In this document: piece after piece, positions 54,428 through 64,000 of the stretch | How the letters are laid out: each line of letters begins with the position of its first letter | Numbering within the stretch: position 1 is the first letter of the stretch | Origin: an uncultured delta proteobacterium | GTDB lineage: Bacteria > Myxococcota > UBA727 > VGSZ01 | Length of the DNA: 64,000 bases | Reading direction: 5' to 3' | Assembly (NCBI GenBank): GCA_963775425.1 | Contig: CAVZJB010000005.1 | Location: 96,001-160,000, forward strand | The notes under the pieces: generated by a model | The model's input: the letters and a program-made list of their open reading frames with translations, nothing else | The model's database searches: none | Told to the model about the DNA's origin: nothing | Position numbers and translations under genes: made by a program

Positions 54428-54524
54428 GCCGCCGTCCTGTCCCACGCGGACCCGCTCGTCAACGATCGCCGCGCCCGCCGCGAGGCCGCGGTGGCCGGCA
54501 CGAGCGTGTGTACGCGTGAGGTCT

Positions 54525-56132
54525 TCAGGCGGCTTTGGACGCCGCCGGAGAACTCTTCACGTCGCGCGCGGCGCCGTCCTGCCCGTCCTCGGCGCGCAGC
54601 TCGATGACGAACGTGGCGCCCTTGTCGGGCTCGCTCTCGACGTGGATCTTGCCGCCGTTGCCTTCGATGATGGCGCGGGTGATGGCGAGGCCGAGGCCGC
54701 TGCCCGCCTGTTTGCGCGAGAGCAGGCCGCCCGCCTGGTAGAAGCGCTCGAACACGCGCGCGTGCTCGCCCTTGGGCAGGCCCGGGCCGTTGTCGCGCAC
54801 CCCGATCTGCACGCGGCCTCGCTTGCCCGGGCGCGCGAACACCGTGATCTCCTTTTGCGGCCCCGTGTACTTGTAGGCGTTGGAGACGAGGTTCAGGAGC
54901 GCCTCGACGAGGGCCTCGCGGTCGGCGTGCACCGGCGGCAGGCCGCCGTCCACCTCGGTGGTGAGCGCGAGGCGCGCGGTCTCCTCGTCCCCGGTGCCGA
55001 GCTGGATTTGCTGCGCGCGGAACGCGTCGAGCGCCTCGTCGACGACGGCGCTGACCGGCACCGGCGTGGGGTTGAACAGCCGGCGGCCGGCGCGCAGGCG
55101 CGCGTAGCCGAGCACGCGCTCGATCATCTCGCTGAGCCGCTCCGTCTCCTTGGCGAGGAGGTCGAGGCACTCCTGTTGCTCCTCTTCGCTGGCGCGGTGC
55201 AGGCGGAGGGTGTCGATGAACATGCGGATGGACGTGAGCGGCGTGCGCAGCTCGTGAGACATGTGGCTGACGAAGTCCGTCTTGAGGCGTGACAGCCGCG
55301 TCTCCTGCCAGATGAGCCGCGCGGTGATGACCACGCCGGTGATGAGCGTGGCGAGGAAGAGCACGAGCGACACGATGTACGCGATGAGCGTGATGTGAGA
55401 GCCGGGCGACGCCGACTCCACGACGACGGTGAAGCGGTCGAACGGCGCCTCGAGGCGGTGGGCGACCAGCTCGCTGTCCTCGGGCCGGGAGCGCACGTAC
55501 TCGAGCAACCGATCGACGGCGTTCGGCACCGGCTCTTCGTCGAAGCGCGTGGTGCGGATGTGCAGGAGCATGTTGTGGGAGTCGACGGCGGCGCGCACGG
55601 CGTCGTCGAGCTTCTTGTCGTCGATGGCGTAGACGACGGCGCGGCCGTCCTCGGCGCGTTGGATGGAGACGACGCCGACGAAGCCACCCTCGTCGACGGC
55701 GGCGTGCGCGGGCCGGCGCGGGGCGGTGCGCTCGGCCAGGTGGGCGAGGTGCTCGAGGACGGCGGGGGTGTCGACGAAGGGCGGGCTGCCGAACAGCGGG
55801 GCGCCGTTCGGGTCGAGCACGAGGTAGCTGCCCACGGGCGCGGCGCTCCTGGCGAGGGCGGCGAAGGCGGCCGACGGCGACGGCTCGTCGAGCGCGCGCA
55901 TGGCGGCGCGGTCCGTGGTGTCGAGCAGGCCGCCGAGCGCCTCCTCGGCCTGGCGGGACACCGCGGCGGCCTCGTCGTGGCGGCGCTGCTTCTCGGCCTG
56001 GCGCTCGTTCAAGATGGCGATGACGCCGAAGCCCGACAGGAACAGCGCCGGCACGAGGACCAGCGTGCAGAAGAGCACGAAGATCCGGGTGAACCCGATG
56101 ACGTCCGTCTGCTGTCCTCTGGCCTTCGGCAT
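54525..56132 (-). CDS. Membrane sensor histidine kinase (no adjacent regulator)
   Basis: Two TM segments, KTDFVSHMSHELRTPL, NLVSNAYKY, DNGPG, FERFYQ and GSGLGL. Confidence 0.93.
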   Translation of the reverse strand: MPKARGQQTDVIGFTRIFVLFCTLVLVPALFLSGFGVIAILNERQAEKQRRHDEAAAVSRQAEEALGGLLDTTDRAAMRALDEPSPSAAFAALARSAAPVGSYLVLDPNGAPLFGSPPFVDTPAVLEHLAHLAERTAPRRPAHAAVDEGGFVGVVSIQRAEDGRAVVYAIDDKKLDDAVRAAVDSHNMLLHIRTTRFDEEPVPNAVDRLLEYVRSRPEDSELVAHRLEAPFDRFTVVVESASPGSHITLIAYIVSLVLFLATLITGVVITARLIWQETRLSRLKTDFVSHMSHELRTPLTSIRMFIDTLRLHRASEEEQQECLDLLAKETERLSEMIERVLGYARLRAGRRLFNPTPVPVSAVVDEALDAFRAQQIQLGTGDEETARLALTTEVDGGLPPVHADREALVEALLNLVSNAYKYTGPQKEITVFARPGKRGRVQIGVRDNGPGLPKGEHARVFERFYQAGGLLSRKQAGSGLGLAITRAIIEGNGGKIHVESEPDKGATFVIELRAEDGQDGAARDVKSSPAASKAA

Positions 56133-56162
56133 TGGCCGACCTCGTGATGCGTTGCTAGCGTC

Positions 56163-56693
56163 ATGGACTCGAGGTCGCCATTGGGCTCCCGCATCTTCCG
56201 CATCGCCCTGAGAACGGTCGGCATCGCCGGCCTGCTCGGCATCCTGGTGGCCATCCTCGTCGGACACGGCGCGCCCCTCGAGGAGGGCGACAAGGCCCCC
56301 GCGGTCACGGCGACAGGCCTCGACGGCGCCGCCGTCGACGTCGGCCTCGGCGACGGCCGCCTCACCGTGGTCAACATCTGGGGCACCTGGTGCCCGCCCT
56401 GCTTGCAGGAGCTCCCGGAGCTCGTGAAGGCCGCCCACCGCTACGAGGGCAAGGTGCGCTTCGTGGGGCTGGCGCTCGAGAGCCGCCGGGAGGACGTGGT
56501 CAGGGTCGCGGGCAACCTCGCCATCCCCTACGACCTCGCCCGCATCGACGGCCCCACCGCCGCCCGCTGGCACGCGGACGCGGTGCCCGACACCTACATC
56601 ATCGACGGCAAGGGGATCGTGCGCTGGTCCGTCGCCGGCGGCATCGACGGCGCCATCCTCGATGAGCACCTCGCGCCCCTGCTCGCCCCGTAG
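56163..56693 (+). CDS. TlpA/ResA-family thiol-disulfide oxidoreductase
   Basis: N-terminal anchor, NIWGTWCPPCLQELP and VPDTYIIDGKG. Confidence 0.9.
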   Translation: MDSRSPLGSRIFRIALRTVGIAGLLGILVAILVGHGAPLEEGDKAPAVTATGLDGAAVDVGLGDGRLTVVNIWGTWCPPCLQELPELVKAAHRYEGKVRFVGLALESRREDVVRVAGNLAIPYDLARIDGPTAARWHADAVPDTYIIDGKGIVRWSVAGGIDGAILDEHLAPLLAP

Positions 56694-56788
56694 CGGCGCA
56701 CGGGGAAGCGCGGGGTGCGCAGGTCACGCGGCGCCGCTTTCCACCGCGGGCGACAGTGGGGTCCATGGGCGTGAAAGGACATCACCCC

Positions 56789-57775
56789 ATGCAAAAGCTG
56801 CTCGCCCTTGCCTCCCTCGGATGCGTCGCCGCCCTCGCCACCGCCTGCGGAGGCGCCGCCCAGTTCCGCGCCGCCGTGCCCACGCGCGACGAGGTGCGGA
56901 TGCGGGTGCCCGCGTCGTCGGCGAGCGCGCTCTCCGTCGGTGAGGAGGCGGACCTGTACAAGCAGTCGGTGGCCATCGCCACCGGGGTGAACGGTGGGGT
57001 GCTGTGGGTGTTCGACGTCATCGACGCCATCTTGAAGCAGCCGCCCACCACCGCCGACGACACCACCGCCGTGTGGGGCCCCACCGAGCCGCGCGGCCTC
57101 GACCGGCTCTCCATCCAGTTCACCGTGGTGAAGCTCGCCGACGACGACTTCTCCTACAAGCTCGAGGCGCGCAAGAAGGGCGACGCCGGCGACTTCACCG
57201 AGATCTTCTCGGGTGAGGCGCACCCCGGCAGCGAGCCCAACCGCGGCACCGGCACGCTCACCTACCACCTCGGCTCGTTGCGCAGCCTCGACGACAGCCA
57301 GTGCCTCGAGGGTGACATCGACGTCCAGTACGACGCCGCCAGCGACCCGCGCACCCTCGACGTCACGTTCCACGCCTTCGACGACGCGTGCAACGACCCG
57401 CACCCGACCGACGCGCACTACACCTACGTCGAAAACAGCGACAAGAGCGGCTCGATGGACTTCGCCTTCCAGGCGAACCTCCACAAGCCCGAGGAGAACA
57501 AGCCGCTCGAGGAGGTCATGAGCGTGCGCACGCGTTGGCTGGCGACGGGCGCGGGGCGCTCCGACGTGCAGGTGAGCGGCGGTGAGATCCCCGGCGACCT
57601 CGCGGCCAACGGCATCGACGCGACCACCGTGGAGATCGCGGAGTGCTGGGACGACACGTTCAACCTCGTGTACGCCGACACCAACCCCGACGAGCTCGAG
57701 CCGCACCTCGGCCACGAAAACACCGGCGACGCCTCCCAGTGCGCCTTCGCCGACGCCTCGTTCGCCCAACTGTGA
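56789..57775 (+). CDS. Hypothetical acidic lipoprotein
   Basis: Lipobox LATAC, beta-rich body, conserved-looking ECWD...C.F C-terminus. Confidence 0.75.
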   Translation: MQKLLALASLGCVAALATACGGAAQFRAAVPTRDEVRMRVPASSASALSVGEEADLYKQSVAIATGVNGGVLWVFDVIDAILKQPPTTADDTTAVWGPTEPRGLDRLSIQFTVVKLADDDFSYKLEARKKGDAGDFTEIFSGEAHPGSEPNRGTGTLTYHLGSLRSLDDSQCLEGDIDVQYDAASDPRTLDVTFHAFDDACNDPHPTDAHYTYVENSDKSGSMDFAFQANLHKPEENKPLEEVMSVRTRWLATGAGRSDVQVSGGEIPGDLAANGIDATTVEIAECWDDTFNLVYADTNPDELEPHLGHENTGDASQCAFADASFAQL

Positions 57776-57802
57776 GGCCAGGCGCCGCGATACAGTGACC
57801 CC

Positions 57803-58750
57803 GTGCTCGCCCTCGTGGTCCTCTGCCTCGCGGCGCCACCCACAGACCCGATCGACGACGCTGCGCCGGCGATTCCGCCGGCGCACGTGCGCGTGCTGAG
57901 CGTCAACGGCGTCGCTCTCGAGCCCACCGCGCGCCGGCCGCGCATCTGGCCGCTCGACGACGTCGTCGTCGGCGTCTCCGTCCCCGCCGGCGCGCACGGG
58001 GTCAAGGTGCACTGGGTCCTGCGGGAGCGACCGCCGGCGTCCACCGTGGAGCTCGCGGCGCCTGACGCCTTCCGCACAGGCTTCGCCTTCCACCTCGGCC
58101 GCCGCGACGTCGCCGGCCTCGACGAGGAGGGGGACTACCGGCTGCAGGTCGTCGTCAGCGACGCCGCCGGCGCCCCGGTGGGGCAGGCCGAGGAGCGCAT
58201 CCACGTGGCGCTCCCCGGCCCGCAGAAGCGACATGGCAAGGCGCGCGCGTCCGCCTTGGACAAAAAGGCGCGCGCCGCCGCGGCCGCCAGGGCGCAGGTG
58301 CCGCTCGCCTCCATGACCGGCTGCGGCGCCGCCGGCTGCGCGTCGTGCCTCGCCGGCTGCGCGGGGGCCGCCCTCCCGGGCATCGGGCCCGTCGTCCTGG
58401 CCTGCGGCCTGGTCGGCTGCATGCCCTGCGGCACCGCCGGCGCCGTCGTCGGCGCGGGCTACGGCGAATACAAGGCGTCGGTGATGCCGTGGTCGCTGTC
58501 GCCCTGGTTGCTCGTCGGCGTCGGCCTCGAGGTGGCCGGCATGTCGATCCTGGTCACCTCGCTCGTCGCCACCGCCGCCTTGCCGCCGCCGTTGCCCTCG
58601 CTGCCGGCGCAACTGCAGCCGAGCGTCGACCCGTCGCTGGCGTCCCTCGGCTTCCTCGCCGGCTCGGGCGCGATGCTCGCCGGCGCGCCCGTCACCCTCC
58701 TCATCGCCTGGGCCACCTCGTCCGCGCCGGACGACGCCAAGACGCGGTAG
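57803..58750 (+). CDS. Hypothetical protein: Ig/PKD-like domain plus Cys/Gly-rich membrane region
   Basis: WVLRERPPAST...LDEEGDYRLQVVVSD followed by hydrophobic segments. Confidence 0.55.
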   Translation: MLALVVLCLAAPPTDPIDDAAPAIPPAHVRVLSVNGVALEPTARRPRIWPLDDVVVGVSVPAGAHGVKVHWVLRERPPASTVELAAPDAFRTGFAFHLGRRDVAGLDEEGDYRLQVVVSDAAGAPVGQAEERIHVALPGPQKRHGKARASALDKKARAAAAARAQVPLASMTGCGAAGCASCLAGCAGAALPGIGPVVLACGLVGCMPCGTAGAVVGAGYGEYKASVMPWSLSPWLLVGVGLEVAGMSILVTSLVATAALPPPLPSLPAQLQPSVDPSLASLGFLAGSGAMLAGAPVTLLIAWATSSAPDDAKTR

Positions 58751-58758
58751 AAACGATC

Positions 58759-60066
58759 ATGCTCCCGCTCGCCGTGCTCGCCGCCGCCGCCGCGCTGTCG
58801 CCGCTCTCGCCGGCGCAGCAGCGTCGGGAGACGCCCATCGTGGACGTGGTGCGCGACGAGTCCGAGGGCGTCGTCGCCATCACCGCCACCCACGTCGTCA
58901 CCGAGAGCGCGTCCGTGTTCGACGTGTTCGCGGTGCCGCGCCGGGTGCAGAAGAGCTCCATCGGCTCGGGGACGGTGATCCACCCGTCGGGCTACGTCCT
59001 CACCAACGCCCACGTCGTCGCCCTGGCCAGCGAGCTCAGCGTGATGATGAAGGGCGGCAAGGAGTGGCCGGCGCACGTGGTGGCGTCGCTGCCCGCGGAG
59101 GACATCGCCATCGTCAAGGCCGAGGTCCCGCCGGGCACGGTGCTTCACGCGGTGAAGCTCGGCGAGAGCGACGACGTCATGGTGGGCGAGACGGTGATCG
59201 CCATCGGCGCGCCCGTGGGCCTGGCGCACACGGTGACGTCGGGGATCGTGTCCGCGCTCGACCGCGAGATCGAGCCCGCCGAGGGCGTCGACTTCAAGGG
59301 CATCCTGCAGACCGACGCCGCCATCAACCCCGGCAACTCCGGCGGTCCGTTGTTCAACGTCCTCGGCGAGCAGATCGGCGTGAACACCGCCATCCGCGGC
59401 GACGCGCAGAACGTCGGCTTCGCCATCCCCATCGACCGCGTGAAGGGGCTGTTGCCCCGCCTCCTCGCCGTCGAGCAGCGCGGGCGCGTGAGCCTGGGCC
59501 TGCGCCTCGGGCGCTTCAACGCCAAGAAGGGCGGCATCGTCATCGACGACGTCGCGCGCGGCTCGCCCGCCGACAAGGCCGGGCTCGTCCCGGGCATGGT
59601 CATCACCTCCGTGGACGACGACGCCACGCCGACGTTGGTGGACGCGCTGGTGGCGTTCCTCGAGGAGCCGGCGGGAGAGCCGTTCGTCGTGCGCGCGGTG
59701 CTTCCGGAGGGGACCACCGACATCTTCCACGTGACCCTCGCCGATCGTCCGCGGCCCGACGGCGCGGCGCTGGCACGCAAGCAGCTCGGCCTCGACGTCG
59801 CCGACCTCGACGCCGTCACCGCGGCGCGCCTCGGGCTGCGCGACGGCGCGGGCGTCGTCGTGAAAGCGGTCGACAAGAAGAGCCTCGCGGCCAAAAAGGG
59901 CGTTCAGCCCGGCGACCTCGTCACCCGTGTGGGCCCGTACGGCATTCGCCACGTAACGGATCTCGTCGTGCTCCAGGACGTCGTCGCCGGCGCCCGCATC
60001 CCGGTGCGGATCGTGCGCATCGGCCGCGGCCGCGTGCTCCAGACCGAGGTCCTCCTCGGGCGCTGA
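58759..60066 (+). CDS. HtrA/DegP-family serine protease with two PDZ domains
   Basis: GSGTVI, LTNAHVV, EDIAIVK, QTDAAINPGNSGGPL and SPADKAGL. Confidence 0.95.
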   Translation: MLPLAVLAAAAALSPLSPAQQRRETPIVDVVRDESEGVVAITATHVVTESASVFDVFAVPRRVQKSSIGSGTVIHPSGYVLTNAHVVALASELSVMMKGGKEWPAHVVASLPAEDIAIVKAEVPPGTVLHAVKLGESDDVMVGETVIAIGAPVGLAHTVTSGIVSALDREIEPAEGVDFKGILQTDAAINPGNSGGPLFNVLGEQIGVNTAIRGDAQNVGFAIPIDRVKGLLPRLLAVEQRGRVSLGLRLGRFNAKKGGIVIDDVARGSPADKAGLVPGMVITSVDDDATPTLVDALVAFLEEPAGEPFVVRAVLPEGTTDIFHVTLADRPRPDGAALARKQLGLDVADLDAVTAARLGLRDGAGVVVKAVDKKSLAAKKGVQPGDLVTRVGPYGIRHVTDLVVLQDVVAGARIPVRIVRIGRGRVLQTEVLLGR

Positions 60067-60155
60067 CGCTCCGCCGTTCGACGTCGGGCAGCGGGCGGAA
60101 CGGCGCACGAGAAAACCCCGTCGAGGAGCGCGGAGGCGGGTGCTATGACTGCCGG

Positions 60156-61511
60156 ATGCGCTTTGCTCTCGCCGTGCTCGTGTCGTGCCTGTCCCTCGCC
60201 GTCGGGTGCGAGGGCTGCGGCCCGGCGTCCACCCAGGACATCAAAGGCTGCACGCTCGACGACGGGCGCTTCCTGAACGTCGGCGAGTCCGCGACCGTGA
60301 GCTGCAACGACTGCGTGTGCAGCATCGACTTCTCGCTTCGCTGCACCGAGCGCGCGTGCGACGACGCCGGGCCGGGGCAGGCCGACGCGGGGCCGCCCGC
60401 GGACGCCGGCACCCCCGAGGACGCCGGCGTCGACGCGGGGGTCGTCGACGAGGGCCCCTGCCACGACAGCGACGGCGACGGCTTCTACGACTGCATCGAT
60501 CCCGATCACCCCGAGCGGCCGCAGGTGGTCGACTGCGACGACGAGCGCTTCCACGTGCAGCCCGGCGGCATCGAGTTCGCGGACACGCCCGAGGACGACA
60601 ACTGCAACGGCCGGAACGACGACTTCGACACCTGCGACTGCGGCGGCTCCGCGTCCAACGCCGCCGACCTCGGCAGCGGCATGGACATCTGCGGCGACAC
60701 CGTCACCTCGGCCACCAAGAACGGCGGCGCCATCCAGTTCGGCGTCGTCGACGCGTACCGCGGCGTCATCGGCCCGCGCCGGCGCGCGCGCCAGGACGAT
60801 CCGGATCGGCCGCCGGTGATCATCGGCAACAACTGCCTCGCCACGCTGTCCTCCGGCGACGCCACCGGCACCCAGACCGGCGTCGACGTCGACGGCGGCT
60901 TCTGCAATTTCAGCGACCCAGACCCGGCGCACGCGGATCCGAACCCCACCATCTGCGACCTCGCGCAGCTCCACTTCACGCTGCACGTGCCGCCCAACGC
61001 CAAGGGCTTCGCGTTCGACTTCATGTTCATGTCGCAGGAGTGGCCCGAGTACCTCTGCCTCGTCTACAACGACACCTTCTACGCCATCGTCGACGGCGAC
61101 GACGCCGTGAACCAGGGCGTCGCCACCAACGCCGCGTTCGACTTCGCCAACCGGCCCATCACCGTGAACGTCGGCTTCTTCGAAGACCCGGCGCAGTGGA
61201 CCGTCCCGCTCGACGGCACGCCGTATGGCGAGAGCGACAGCTTCGTCAGTTGCCCCTCGCCCGGCGACCTCGACTTCCAGGACGGCTGCCGCCTGCCCAC
61301 CTATTGCAGCGACCCGAACCTCGACGTGCGCACCGGCTCCGGCAGCGGTTGGCTCACCACGAGCGTCCCCGCCACGCCCGGGGAGACCATCACGCTCACC
61401 CTCTCCATCCACGACGAGTTCGACGGCTTCTTCGACTCGCTCGTGCTGCTCGACGCGTTCCGCTGGTTGCCCTTCGAGCCCGAGCTGCAGACGGCCAAGG
61501 AGGAGCCCTGA
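60156..61511 (+). CDS. Lipoprotein: pacifastin/VWC-like Cys module, DxDGDG/DCDD metal-binding repeat, choice-of-anchor L-like domain
   Basis: CNDCVC-x7-CTERAC, DSDGDGF...DCDD...DDNCNG, and FDFMFMSQEWPEY....YNDTF...GWLTT..P..PGE....L.IHDE.D...DS.VLLD.F.W. Confidence 0.75.
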   Translation: MRFALAVLVSCLSLAVGCEGCGPASTQDIKGCTLDDGRFLNVGESATVSCNDCVCSIDFSLRCTERACDDAGPGQADAGPPADAGTPEDAGVDAGVVDEGPCHDSDGDGFYDCIDPDHPERPQVVDCDDERFHVQPGGIEFADTPEDDNCNGRNDDFDTCDCGGSASNAADLGSGMDICGDTVTSATKNGGAIQFGVVDAYRGVIGPRRRARQDDPDRPPVIIGNNCLATLSSGDATGTQTGVDVDGGFCNFSDPDPAHADPNPTICDLAQLHFTLHVPPNAKGFAFDFMFMSQEWPEYLCLVYNDTFYAIVDGDDAVNQGVATNAAFDFANRPITVNVGFFEDPAQWTVPLDGTPYGESDSFVSCPSPGDLDFQDGCRLPTYCSDPNLDVRTGSGSGWLTTSVPATPGETITLTLSIHDEFDGFFDSLVLLDAFRWLPFEPELQTAKEEP

Positions 61512-61532
61512 GCTCCCTCCGCCCGCGGTCCG

Positions 61533-62210
61533 TCAGCAGCCGGGGTCGGTGTCCGGGCAGAAGTGCGCTTCGCAGTTCATGTCGCGCGTGAGCGTGACGT
61601 CGGCGGGGCCGGTGCCCTGACAGTCGAGCTTCCAGCCGGAAAAGACGCTGCCGGCGTCGGGGACGGGCGTGAGCGTCTCCTGCTCGCTGTCGAAGTAGCC
61701 GGCGGTGCACTTGTCGGGACAGTCGATGCGCGGGCCGTTGTCTCCCGCGGCGCTGCCGGTGACGTGGCCGCTGCCCTGGCCGGAGAACACGACGAGGATG
61801 GTCCAGAGCTGGCGGAAGCTGGCGGTGCAGGTGACGTCGAGGCTCGCGGGGTCGTCGTCGGTGAAGCGGACGTCCGTGGTGGCGACGACCTGGGAGGGCA
61901 GGGCCTCGCCGCTCCGGGTCTCGTCGCAGCTCCAGCTCTCGAACAGCGCGTCGCGGGCGGGCGTGGCCTTGAGCGTGAACGTGGTGGCCTCGGCCGGGAA
62001 CACGACGTCCTGCGCGTCGCACAGGGCGCCGCAGTCGACGAGCTCGGGATCGCTCTTGAGGGCGCCGTGGCCGTCGCCGCCCTTGAGGACGTGGACCGAG
62101 GCGCCCGGTGGCGGGCCGGCGTCGGCGGGCGGTGCCGTGGGCGGCGGGCACCCGGCGGCGAGCGCCGTGAGGCAGGCGGCGCCGACGAGCGTGCGCGCGA
62201 AGCGGGTCAT
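61533..62210 (-). CDS. Lipoprotein with two divergent InlB-B-repeat-like domains
   Basis: Lipobox LAAGC, G.G.G.V.....IDC...C.A......TLTP.PD.GS.F.GW..DC.G. Confidence 0.7.
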   Translation of the reverse strand: MTRFARTLVGAACLTALAAGCPPPTAPPADAGPPPGASVHVLKGGDGHGALKSDPELVDCGALCDAQDVVFPAEATTFTLKATPARDALFESWSCDETRSGEALPSQVVATTDVRFTDDDPASLDVTCTASFRQLWTILVVFSGQGSGHVTGSAAGDNGPRIDCPDKCTAGYFDSEQETLTPVPDAGSVFSGWKLDCQGTGPADVTLTRDMNCEAHFCPDTDPGC

Positions 62211-62788
62211 GGGGGCTCCACGTTCGCGTCGAAGGGGTCGCCTCCGCCGCACAGCTCGCCGAGGTTGGTGCAGCCGTCGCCGGCGGCGCCGTTGCAACTG
62301 TTGTCGACGTCGCACACGGGGACGTCGTTGCCGTCGATGTGCACGGTCTCGCTGCCGGAGACCTGGTCGACGCTGACGTCGAGGCAGCCGAAGAGGCTCA
62401 CCTGGTCGTCGCTGACGTTGAACGCCTCCTCCGCGTTCTGCTCGTTGCTGAGGTCGAGCGTGTCGCGCGCCTGGGCGAGGATGAGATCGATGTCGTGCGC
62501 GTCGTCGTGCACGAACCAATCGAGGGTGAGCGTGCGCTTTCGCCCGGGCCGCGTGTTGCACGATCCCGTGGTGGTGCCCGCCGCGAGGTCGACGTCGAGC
62601 GCGCACGGATTGGCGCTGCCGCTGATCCACAGCCGCGCCTGCAGGTCGGGCGTGGCCGCGCAGGCAAGCGCCTGCGGCGTCTGCAGGGTGACGCTGTCGG
62701 CGTCGAGCTCGCCCGCGCACGCCGTGAGCGCGCACGCGGCGAGCGCGGCCGCGAGGCTGGCGGCGGTGCGCGCGGCCGCGGGCCTCAC
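62207..62788 (-). CDS. Hypothetical Cys-containing lipoprotein
   Basis: Lipobox ALTAC. Overlaps both neighbours by 4 nt. Confidence 0.7.
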   Translation of the reverse strand: MRPAAARTAASLAAALAACALTACAGELDADSVTLQTPQALACAATPDLQARLWISGSANPCALDVDLAAGTTTGSCNTRPGRKRTLTLDWFVHDDAHDIDLILAQARDTLDLSNEQNAEEAFNVSDDQVSLFGCLDVSVDQVSGSETVHIDGNDVPVCDVDNSCNGAAGDGCTNLGELCGGGDPFDANVEPP

Positions 62789-63414
62789 GGGGCGAGCCCC
62801 ACGGGCGTGGGCGCCTTGACCTTGATGGCGACGACCTCCGGGGCCGCGGGCCGCAGCGCGTACAGGAGGTAGCCGCCGCCGACGACGGCGCCGACGACGA
62901 TGACGGCGCCGACCGCGATGCCCGCGCCGATGAGCGCGCCCGAGGGCCCATCGTCCTCGGGCGGCGGGGGCGGCGGCGGAGGAGGAGGAGGCTTGTCCTC
63001 GACGGTGGGGACGTCGCGCACGACCTTGACGGGATCGTCCTCGCTGCCGACGCGGGCGGGTCCGTTCCCGTTCTTGTCGAACGCCTCGATGATGTACTCG
63101 ACATCGCCGCCGAGGAGCGCCTTGGGCACCTCCGCCGTGTAGACGTCCTGGGCGCCCGCCTTGGGCGTCATGGTGACGCGCGTGAACTGGGCGGTTCCGG
63201 CGGCGCGCACGAGGAGGGTGGGCTCGAAGACGCCGCTCTTGTCGTCGGTGATGTGGGCCTCGACGATCAGGGGGCCGACGCCGTCGTGCTTGTCGATCGG
63301 GGTGTGCTGGATGACCGGCGCCTTGGTGTCCTTGGCCGGCCGCGCGCGCGCGGCGGCAGGGCCGGCCGCGACGACGACCGCGAACGCCAGGAGGACAGCT
63401 CCGGTGCCGCGCAT
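62785..63414 (-). CDS. Hypothetical exported protein with Ig-like domain, poly-Pro linker and C-terminal TM
   Basis: DTKAPVIQHTP...ITD..SGV...VEYIIEAFDKNGN followed by PPPPPPPPP. Confidence 0.7.
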   Translation of the reverse strand: MRGTGAVLLAFAVVVAAGPAAARARPAKDTKAPVIQHTPIDKHDGVGPLIVEAHITDDKSGVFEPTLLVRAAGTAQFTRVTMTPKAGAQDVYTAEVPKALLGGDVEYIIEAFDKNGNGPARVGSEDDPVKVVRDVPTVEDKPPPPPPPPPPPEDDGPSGALIGAGIAVGAVIVVGAVVGGGYLLYALRPAAPEVVAIKVKAPTPVGLAP

Positions 63415-63466
63415 TCTTCCGCGACTGTAGCGGGCCTGCTATCGGGACGTCGAGAAAGGCGGACCC

Positions 63467-64000
63467 ATGTCAAAGACCATCGGTGTGATCCTCTCCGGAG
63501 CGGGCTTCCTCGACGGCGCGGAGATCCAGGAGGCGGTCCTGGCGCTCCTGGCCATCGATCGCGCGGGCGCGGTGGCCCGCATCTACGCGCCCGACGTCAC
63601 CCTGTTGGAGATCGACCACCGCACCGGCGAGCCCACCGGGGCCGAGCGCAGCGTGCTCGCGGAGTCCGCGCGCATCGCCCGCGGCAAGATCGGCGACCTG
63701 GCGTCCGTGAAGGGCACCGACGTCGACGGCTGGGTGCTGCCGGGCGGGTACGGCGCCGCGAAGAACCTCTCCGACTTCGCGTCCAGGGGCGCGCAGGCCA
63801 CGGTGAACAAGGACGTCTCCCGCGTGCTCCGCGAGGCGCTCGCCGCACACATCCCGGTCGGCGCCTGCTGCATCGCGCCCGCCGTCGTGGCGGCGGCGGC
63901 CAAGCAGGCCTCCACGCGGCTGCGCTTGACCATCGGCAACGATCCCGACACGGCCAAGCAGATCGCGTCCATGGGCCACACCCACGTCGAGTGCCCCGTC
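63467..64000 (+). CDS. elbB: ElbB/ES1 DJ-1/PfpI-family glyoxalase (3'-truncated by the window)
   Basis: MSKTIGVILSGAGFLDGAEIQEAV, VLAESARIARG, PGGYGAAKNLSDFA, CIAP and LTIGND. Not in the supplied ORF list because no stop occurs in the window. Confidence 0.92.
   Translation, partial: MSKTIGVILSGAGFLDGAEIQEAVLALLAIDRAGAVARIYAPDVTLLEIDHRTGEPTGAERSVLAESARIARGKIGDLASVKGTDVDGWVLPGGYGAAKNLSDFASRGAQATVNKDVSRVLREALAAHIPVGACCIAPAVVAAAAKQASTRLRLTIGNDPDTAKQIASMGHTHVECPV

Noticed and set aside
56163-56693. TlpA as the maturation factor for the CxxCH array
   Set aside because: It is 44 kb away with no ccm genes nearby, so no sequence evidence links them.

Overview
64 kb of very GC-rich bacterial DNA. MYXO-CTERM-type sorting tails, (GE)n linkers, a DnaK paralog and PEGA, FIST and choice-of-anchor proteins point to a Myxococcota/deltaproteobacterial genome (inference). 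About 63 CDS. Housekeeping genes: dnaJ, glpK, gyrB, pdxA, lgt, dnaE, an HtrA/DegP protease and elbB. Other modules: an lpoB-ycfL-COG3014 lipoprotein operon, an MntA/HepT type VII toxin-antitoxin pair, an ECF-sigma/two-component/EF-hand operon, a TetR-controlled BVMO-esterase-SDR operon and many surface proteins. I saw no rRNA, tRNA, CRISPR array or transposase. The best novel-system candidate is 34.2-37.2 kb: two signal-peptide-less amphipathic Gly/Ala-rich proteins, each preceded by the same sigma28-like promoter (GCAY-N15-GCCGATAACC), flank a trigger-factor homolog that has lost its ribosome-binding domain. This suggests a co-regulated secreted effector/translocator plus chaperone module. 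Other highlights are three tandem CxxCH surface proteins, a coupled pair of apparently catalytically dead enzymes upstream of dnaJ, a pseudokinase-PP2C fusion, a pacifastin-like Cys module next to DegP, REP-like repeats and a (CG)5 frameshift. All family calls are from motif recognition by eye, not database searches.
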